From: an uncultured Candidatus Saccharibacteria bacterium
GTDB taxonomy: Bacteria > Patescibacteriota > UBA1384 > GWA2-35-9 > CAYZGQ01
Assembly: GCA_964478135.1 (NCBI GenBank)
Contig: CAYZGQ010000001.1
Location: 3,365 to 67,364 of the forward strand
Length of the DNA stretch: 64,000 nt
Direction of reading: 5' to 3'
Shown here: one piece after another, positions 58,164 through 64,000 of the stretch
Layout: each line of letters opens with the position of its first letter
Position numbering within the stretch: the stretch's first letter is position 1
The notes under the pieces: generated by a model
Database searches by the model: none
What the model saw: only the letters and a program-made list of their open reading frames with translations
Told to the model about the DNA's origin: nothing
Made by a program: the position numbers and the translations under genes

Positions 58164-60174
58164 GACAGATCAATTTAAGCTGTTTTTGAGTGTCATTGTT
58201 AGTTTAGCCTTTGTGTGGCGACTGACAATCGCCCTAGCCGGGCCCTGGCGGCCGGATGAAATTGTCTATATTGACTGGCTTGGTCAGTGGTTTCGCGGTC
58301 ATTTTTTTGAGTATTTTTTTCAGATTAAACAGACCGTTTTTCCGCCCCAGTCACCGGTTTTTGGCAACCCTCCTTTAGCCATGTGGTTGATGGCGCTCGC
58401 AAGCGCCGTGTCCGAGTTTTTCGGTCAAAGCGCTTTAATCGGAGCGAGACTGGTTAACGTTTTCTTGGGTTCGCTGGCGGTTTACCTGACAGCTAGTTTA
58501 GGCAAGCGCCTGTTTAGCCATAAGGTTGGTCTTGTGGCGGCGGCAACAATGGCCGCGACTCCTTTTGTGGCGGTCAACAACGCCACAGCTTACCTTGACA
58601 CGCTTTTGGTAAGCTTGATTATCGCCAGCTGGCTCGTTCTTGAGAGTTATCGCAGATCCAATACTAGAGCGAACGCTCTAATGATTGGGGTGATTAATGG
58701 TTTAGCCTTGCTGACCAAGGCCAGCGCCTTGCCTTTTGTCCTCCTTAATCTGATTGGAGTGTACGTCTTAACTCGATCGACCGGTCTCTTTCGAGGCAGA
58801 CAGTTGAGAGTGGCTTTTTGGTCCAGCTTGATCGTACCGCTTGTTTTGTGGCCTGGCGCCAGGGATTTTGGCCATATCTACCAGATAATTAGTTACTTCT
58901 CAACAATCGGCAAAGAAGCCCTGTTTGAGAGTCTGGCTCCAACGTCTCTAATTTACTTAAACATGATGGTCAGTATCCTGCCTTTGGCTTCAGTGTTTGG
59001 ATTAGGGTTGTTTATCGTTTGGTTTATTAAGGACGGCCTGGAGAGCCGGCCAGCCTGGTGGCTAGTTCTAAATCTGGCGGCCTACTTCAGTTTTTTGATC
59101 GCCATCACTGGTCCTAGGGATAGCCATCACTTGGTGGTGATATCGCCAGCCCTGTCTATAATATCGGCCCTTGGGCTAGTCTGGATTTTCAAACGATTAA
59201 ATCAATCCGCTGTCTTGACTCTTAAAATCGTGGTCGCGCTTTCGTTTTTGGCTCCCGCCCTGTCGATTAAACCGGCCTTCGCCAGCTTGTATGTTAACAG
59301 CCTGATCACTAAGAATCAGGCAAGAGACAAGTTCGTTCTGGCCAGTGGAGGTGAGGGTCTAGTTGAGTTGGCGGCCTGGCTCAAAGAAAACGTTGGAGGG
59401 CAAGACGTGATCGCCAGCGGCTACGAAAATTTTCAGCTGGCCAAATATATTGATAATCCGATCGTGCCCTTTTTTGGTTTTGATGGACTAGATGGAGTCA
59501 GGGCTCGAGGCGCCAATTGGGTCGTGGTAACAAGCTCTATAGAGAATCGGTCCAATCAGGCGAGCTGGCGCTACTTTAGCCAGCTCGCACCGAACTTTGA
59601 AGTATCCTATCAAGGTTTGACCGTTCAAAGGGTTTATAAAATTAACTATGACGACACATTCTCGGGCGTTAATATTAAGATCGGTCACCCTGGCTTAACA
59701 TCCTGGAGAACGGGCAAGCGTTTACCCCAAGATGAAGTTATTTTTGTTCCAGAAGAAGGGGGGGTAAAGATTGACTACAGCTTCCCTGACGAAGGACCGC
59801 TTAGCTGGTTTTTCCTGGAATCAGAGGCTGTTTTTGATCTAAAGCCATACCGGGGGATCGCCCTTGATGTTTATGGGGATGGTCTTGGAATAGACACTCT
59901 AACAACCCATCGGGGTTTGCCTCGGCAGTCGCTCAAAATTGACCTAATGGGGGAAAACAGGAGAGCCAATGTTTTAAGATACAGCCTCGGTGTCGCGTGG
60001 CCGGGCTGGCGCAGGGTCTATATTCCGTTTGAGCTGTTCCAGCCGCAAGTTCTAGAACCAGATGTTACCATGCCCGGACTAAGTGATAAACTGGTGCTCA
60101 AATTTGCCCTTGATTCAAGGTCACAACAGCGGGCTAAAATCGGTTTGCGCAACATTGTTTTAGTTCCAAAGTAG
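58141..60174 (+). CDS. polytopic GT-C-type glycosyltransferase (PMT/ArnT-like, about 12 TM) with C-terminal extracytoplasmic domain
   Basis: About 400 aa of TM helices with a first-loop region ...DEIVYIDWLGQW... and PPLAMWLMALA, typical of the GT39/GT83 fold families. A roughly 280-aa soluble C-domain. Start set at the internal ATG 58141. The track ORF starts at 58078, inside the previous gene. Confidence 0.55.
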   Translation: MKSLALARTDQFKLFLSVIVSLAFVWRLTIALAGPWRPDEIVYIDWLGQWFRGHFFEYFFQIKQTVFPPQSPVFGNPPLAMWLMALASAVSEFFGQSALIGARLVNVFLGSLAVYLTASLGKRLFSHKVGLVAAATMAATPFVAVNNATAYLDTLLVSLIIASWLVLESYRRSNTRANALMIGVINGLALLTKASALPFVLLNLIGVYVLTRSTGLFRGRQLRVAFWSSLIVPLVLWPGARDFGHIYQIISYFSTIGKEALFESLAPTSLIYLNMMVSILPLASVFGLGLFIVWFIKDGLESRPAWWLVLNLAAYFSFLIAITGPRDSHHLVVISPALSIISALGLVWIFKRLNQSAVLTLKIVVALSFLAPALSIKPAFASLYVNSLITKNQARDKFVLASGGEGLVELAAWLKENVGGQDVIASGYENFQLAKYIDNPIVPFFGFDGLDGVRARGANWVVVTSSIENRSNQASWRYFSQLAPNFEVSYQGLTVQRVYKINYDDTFSGVNIKIGHPGLTSWRTGKRLPQDEVIFVPEEGGVKIDYSFPDEGPLSWFFLESEAVFDLKPYRGIALDVYGDGLGIDTLTTHRGLPRQSLKIDLMGENRRANVLRYSLGVAWPGWRRVYIPFELFQPQVLEPDVTMPGLSDKLVLKFALDSRSQQRAKIGLRNIVLVPK

Positions 60175-60218
60175 GGGATTGTTTGCTCCGGGTTTTGTCA
60201 AGTGACTAGAGCTGGCCC

Positions 60219-61343
60219 ATGAGAATCGTCATAACCGATTTTGATGATCTTACTAACCCTTATGGCGGCGGTCAGGCCATTAGAACTTTTGAAATTGCCA
60301 AAAGACTGGCTCTCAAACACGACCTAACGGTTGTTACTTTTGGTCACTGGGGTAAAAAACCAAAGGTTGTCGAGGCGGTTCGATTTGTTCCGATTGGTTT
60401 TGGTCGTTTTCCGATTAACCACCTAAGTTATTTAGCCCAATTACCCAAAACCGTTTCAAAAATTCCCCACGACATTGTGCTGGAGCAGTGGACTCCGCCA
60501 ATTGGCATGAGTCTGCCGCCTTTGCCCTTAGTCACCAAGGCACCGGTGGTCGCTTCTTTGTCTTGGTTTTTTAGCCAATGGATGAGCCGGAAATATCACC
60601 TGCCTTTTGCCAAGTTAACGTTTGGGCTGGCTAAGTCGTATCGTTTCGCGATTGGGATGACCGAGTTTGACGCGGCTAGATTTCGCAAACTGAATCCTCA
60701 TGCCAAGGTCTGGACGATTCCCTACGCGGCTGACAGTCCCGATGTTGTCAGAGGTAATTTTGGTATGACACAATTGAGTATTGAGCCAGACTTCGAATAC
60801 ATTTTGTTTTTAGGCCGGCTTGATATTCATCAAAAAGGTTTGGACCTATTGATTAAAATTTTTGTTGACAACAGAGAAAAATTACCTGTCCTGATCGTGG
60901 CGGGGGAGGGCCGAGAGCGAAAACGTCTCTTAAGAATGATCGTAAGGAAAGGTTTGTCCGACCGAGTTATTCTGCTCGGTCGTGTTGACGGAGAGCGTAA
61001 ACAACTCCTTATTGCTAAGGCTAGGGCGCTAGCTGTTCCTTCTCGCTATGAAACTTTTGGCCAGGTGGTGATTCAAGCTTTTGCGCAAAGAACGCCGGTC
61101 GTTATGTTTAACTTGCCCCAATTTCGTAAAATAGTCCCTCAAGGATATCCACTGTTTGCCCCTGCCTTTGATTTGGCTCGATTTGGTCAGTTGCTAAGAC
61201 GTGTTTGTCAAGACGTTGATTTTAGGTCAAAAATAGTCACTCAATATCAATTGGCTCGACAATTTATAGATTGGGATACTATTGCCGATTATCACCAAAA
61301 AGTGTTTGATCAAGTCGTTTTGAAAAATCAGCGCCGGGAATAA
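60219..61343 (+). CDS. glycosyltransferase (GT4-like GT-B)
   Basis: C-terminal YETFGQVVIQAFAQRTPVV (E..G....EA.a.G.PVV) motif. 374 aa. Confidence 0.7.
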   Translation: MRIVITDFDDLTNPYGGGQAIRTFEIAKRLALKHDLTVVTFGHWGKKPKVVEAVRFVPIGFGRFPINHLSYLAQLPKTVSKIPHDIVLEQWTPPIGMSLPPLPLVTKAPVVASLSWFFSQWMSRKYHLPFAKLTFGLAKSYRFAIGMTEFDAARFRKLNPHAKVWTIPYAADSPDVVRGNFGMTQLSIEPDFEYILFLGRLDIHQKGLDLLIKIFVDNREKLPVLIVAGEGRERKRLLRMIVRKGLSDRVILLGRVDGERKQLLIAKARALAVPSRYETFGQVVIQAFAQRTPVVMFNLPQFRKIVPQGYPLFAPAFDLARFGQLLRRVCQDVDFRSKIVTQYQLARQFIDWDTIADYHQKVFDQVVLKNQRRE

Positions 61344-61369
61344 GACTAGTTTGTGGTACAATACAAAAA

Positions 61370-62521
61370 ATGAGGCGGGTGACTATTTTTCGGTTCGGCC
61401 CGATGAGAAATTTAGTAGTCTTGGTTTTTGGGCTGGTCATTTTTAGCCTGGCAGGCACGGGGGCGGCTTTGGGTCAAACTCGCGATCTATGCCTAGCCGA
61501 TCCCTACTGCACCGATAAAACTCGAGAAGAGGTTGGCATTTTTCAAAAACTAGATCCCTCCGGACAAACAGCCGAGGCGGTTAGTTTGATTAAGCTAGTG
61601 GTTGAGTCGGCTGTTGGTCCGATCGCGATCACTGCTGCCGCCAGTACCTTTGCCGGTGGTATTGGTTTTGTCTTACAAATACCCTTGATACCAGCTTGGA
61701 CCAGACGTAGGGCCAAACCCTGGGGGAGTGTTCTCGATAGAGTTTCCGGAGCGACCCTGTCGGCTGTTTTGGTCCGCTTGTTTGAAACAGAATTTGGCCG
61801 ACTTGTGGCTAGCGCCCTATCCGACAGCCAAGGGCGATTTAGTTTTCAGTTAACTGAACCGGGACGTTTTTTTGTCTTGGCCAGCGCCAGCGGTTATGAG
61901 CTGACTAGAACTCAAGATTTTATTGTTTCAGACCCTCGCCAGGGCAAGCCTGGTTCAGACTGGAAGATTTATCTTAACCCAATTTCGACCGCCCGAAGCT
62001 TAAAACAAGATCACTTAATTTGGTTAAGACCGGTCAGCGTGTTCCTAACTCTTATCAGGCGACCGTTACTCGTTCTTGGCAGTTTGGTTACTTTAATGGC
62101 TCTGGTGACAAGCTTTGATCTAAAGGTTTTGATGTTTGCCTTTTTTTACTTGATTTTGTGGTTGCTCGAGTACTGGCAATCAAGACCACCCAAGCCCTAT
62201 GGCCAGCTGATTGATCGGGCAAGCGGCCGGCCTGTTACTTTGGCTCTTATTCGGGCCTACCGAGTTCGGTCCAACTCTCGTTCGTATCTTGCCCAAACGA
62301 CTGTTTCAAACAATCAGGGTCAGTATCGCTTACTGGTAGCGCCAGGAAAGTACTACTTTGAGATTGAGCGCCCAGGCTATTTTAAGTTAAGGATCGGTCC
62401 GAAGCGGTTATTCGGTCTAAAAACTCAACCTAATTATCGATTTAAACTCCAACCGGTGACTCAACCGCTTGGTCAAAAATCGTGGTCAGCGACAGTTGAG
62501 CGGACTGGAGTGTCGGTATGA
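61370..62521 (+). CDS. membrane protein with two carboxypeptidase-regulatory-like domains interleaved with TM helices
   Basis: Signal/TM, then SGATLSAVLVRLFE...GRFSFQLTEPGRFFV, then TM helices, then SGRPVTLALIRAYRV...GQYRLLVAPGKYYFE. Function unknown. Confidence 0.5.
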   Translation: MRRVTIFRFGPMRNLVVLVFGLVIFSLAGTGAALGQTRDLCLADPYCTDKTREEVGIFQKLDPSGQTAEAVSLIKLVVESAVGPIAITAAASTFAGGIGFVLQIPLIPAWTRRRAKPWGSVLDRVSGATLSAVLVRLFETEFGRLVASALSDSQGRFSFQLTEPGRFFVLASASGYELTRTQDFIVSDPRQGKPGSDWKIYLNPISTARSLKQDHLIWLRPVSVFLTLIRRPLLVLGSLVTLMALVTSFDLKVLMFAFFYLILWLLEYWQSRPPKPYGQLIDRASGRPVTLALIRAYRVRSNSRSYLAQTTVSNNQGQYRLLVAPGKYYFEIERPGYFKLRIGPKRLFGLKTQPNYRFKLQPVTQPLGQKSWSATVERTGVSV

Positions 62522-62528
62522 GATTGGT

Positions 62529-64000
62529 ATGAAATCGGTCTTGTTGCTCATATTAGATGGTTTTGGCCTGGCTCCTCTACTGGAAGGTAACGCCGTTGCC
62601 CAAGCTAAGACTCCAATCCTTGACGCCTTGTCGCGTCAGGCGAGACTTTTCGCCCTTCACGGCGCGGGCGAGGCGGTTGGTTTACCCTGGGGGGTGATCG
62701 GCAATTCAGAAGTGGGTCACACCACAATGGGTGCGGGCCGAGTCGTTCTTCAGGATTATCCTCAAATCAATCAAGCGATCCAAAACGGAACTTTTTTTAG
62801 AAACCAGAGCCTTTTAGACACAGTCGATCATGTCAAAAAGAACAACTCAACTCTGCATGTTATGGGTATCTGTTCTAACGCTGGCGTCCACGGCTATATT
62901 GATCACATTATTGGTGTGATTGAGTTGGCCAAGCGATCGGGTTTGAATCGGCTTGGAATTCATCTCATAACTGATGGGCGAGACACTCCACCTCAAAGCG
63001 GTCAGGTATTCGTTGGCCGAATCAAGCAGGCGATTAGTCAGCGTGGTGTTGGGACTATCGCGACCTTGGTCGGTCGATACTGGGCCATGGATCGGGATAA
63101 AAATTGGGATCGGATCAAACTGGCCTATGATGCGCTCACACTATCGGGCAAGAGCCCCAGTGTGAGCGATCCAGTGTCAGCTCTCAAAGCGGCCTACCAG
63201 ACTGGTCAGAATGACGAGAACCTTAAACCGATAATTCTGGAGTCCCAACTCCGCCTTAAGTCTTTAGACGGGCTGATCTTTACTAACTTTCGTAGTGACC
63301 GGGCGATTCAGTTGACCAAAGCCCTGGCCGATCCAAAATTCGATAACTTTGCGCTTAAGCCGCTTAACAACTTTAAGATGGTAACGATGACTACTTTCGA
63401 GGATTCAAACCTACCGACACTGACAGCCTTTAGCGCGATTATGTTAGCCAACCCCCAGACTAACCCGACCGACCAGCCCTTGGGGCAGATTGTGGATCAG
63501 GCCGGACTGACTCAAGTCAGGATCGCCGAGACTGAAAAGTCGGCCCACGTGACCCAATTTTTTGATCTGGGTCGAGCCGATCCCTACTCAACCCGAGACC
63601 GAAGAATTATTGTCCCTTCTAAAAAAGTTAGTTCGTTTGCCCAAGCGCCGGAGATGTCGGCGGCAGAGATTGCCTACCAAGCTGAAAAAGTTATGGCTGA
63701 TCGACCCAATCTGATGGTTATTAACTTGGCCAACGCCGATATGGTTGGTCACACCGGTGATTTCAAGGCGACCCTGAAGGCGGTCGAAATCCTGGATCGA
63801 GTAGTTGGTCAATTAGTCAGTCAAGCTCAATCCAAGGATATTGACGTTATGATTACAGCCGATCATGGCAACGCCGAGGCTATGGTTGAGTTAGACGGAT
63901 ACTCGTCCAATAAAGAACACTCAATCAATCCAGTCCCGTTTTTGATTGTCACGGCCGATCGACCGGTCAACTTAACCCGGACCCGCCCGTTGACTCCCAA
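62529..64000 (+). CDS. gpmI: 2,3-bisphosphoglycerate-independent phosphoglycerate mutase (3'-partial at window edge)
   Basis: ILDGFG, the phosphoserine site GNSEVGH, DGRDT and TADHGNAE are the iPGM hallmarks. The frame stays open to the window end. The track ORFs 62974-63165(+) and 63588-63812(-) lie in other frames inside it and are artefacts. Confidence 0.85.
   Translation, partial: MKSVLLLILDGFGLAPLLEGNAVAQAKTPILDALSRQARLFALHGAGEAVGLPWGVIGNSEVGHTTMGAGRVVLQDYPQINQAIQNGTFFRNQSLLDTVDHVKKNNSTLHVMGICSNAGVHGYIDHIIGVIELAKRSGLNRLGIHLITDGRDTPPQSGQVFVGRIKQAISQRGVGTIATLVGRYWAMDRDKNWDRIKLAYDALTLSGKSPSVSDPVSALKAAYQTGQNDENLKPIILESQLRLKSLDGLIFTNFRSDRAIQLTKALADPKFDNFALKPLNNFKMVTMTTFEDSNLPTLTAFSAIMLANPQTNPTDQPLGQIVDQAGLTQVRIAETEKSAHVTQFFDLGRADPYSTRDRRIIVPSKKVSSFAQAPEMSAAEIAYQAEKVMADRPNLMVINLANADMVGHTGDFKATLKAVEILDRVVGQLVSQAQSKDIDVMITADHGNAEAMVELDGYSSNKEHSINPVPFLIVTADRPVNLTRTRPLTP

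Overview
This window is gene-dense and almost entirely on the + strand. It looks like a reduced-genome (CPR-like) bacterium using the standard genetic code: RF1 is present, and TGA is used as a stop at gatA, mnmA and ORF25441. Several housekeeping enzymes are short forms. MetRS is 472 aa, ProRS is 419 aa and lacks the editing insertion, EF-Ts is 154 aa, and L9 has only its N-domain.

Housekeeping genes read in order: rlpA fragment, rsmA, rsmI, acyP, metG, an EamA-like permease, tatD, sufS-sufU, a CvpA-CAP fusion, folD, mnmA, ctpA, rplI-like, ligA, gatC-gatA-[HEPN-like ORF]-gatB, htrA, prfA(-), rpmE, rpsB-tsf, frr, rseP, proS, tpiA-pgk, an ASCH-like ORF, a FabZ-like/FabI-like pair, tig-clpP, a methyltransferase and glycosyltransferase block, and gpmI (3'-partial).

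Four cell-surface systems sit between these.
(1) 11629-21381: a proline-rich protein with a pseudopilin (GspG)-like C-domain, a TPR protein, a 2085-aa Gly-repeat/FN3-array protein, and a MacB/FtsX-type ABC pair.
(2) 27446-32896: a 1816-aa protein with two N-terminal excisionase-type HTH repeats, a TM helix and a tail-fibre-like S/T/G-rich ectodomain.
(3) 34598-38577 (- strand): an LPKTG surface protein translationally coupled (GTGA overlap) to a sortase homolog that has no cysteine at all. Its TLxTC motif reads TLQTS.
(4) 41576-45193: a second LPKTG protein inserted between tsf and frr, followed by a 710-bp ORF-free, palindrome-rich region that may encode an RNA.

No CRISPR array, tRNA or rRNA gene, or transposase was recognised. 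Several ORFs listed inside the S/T/G-rich giant genes are compositional artefacts.
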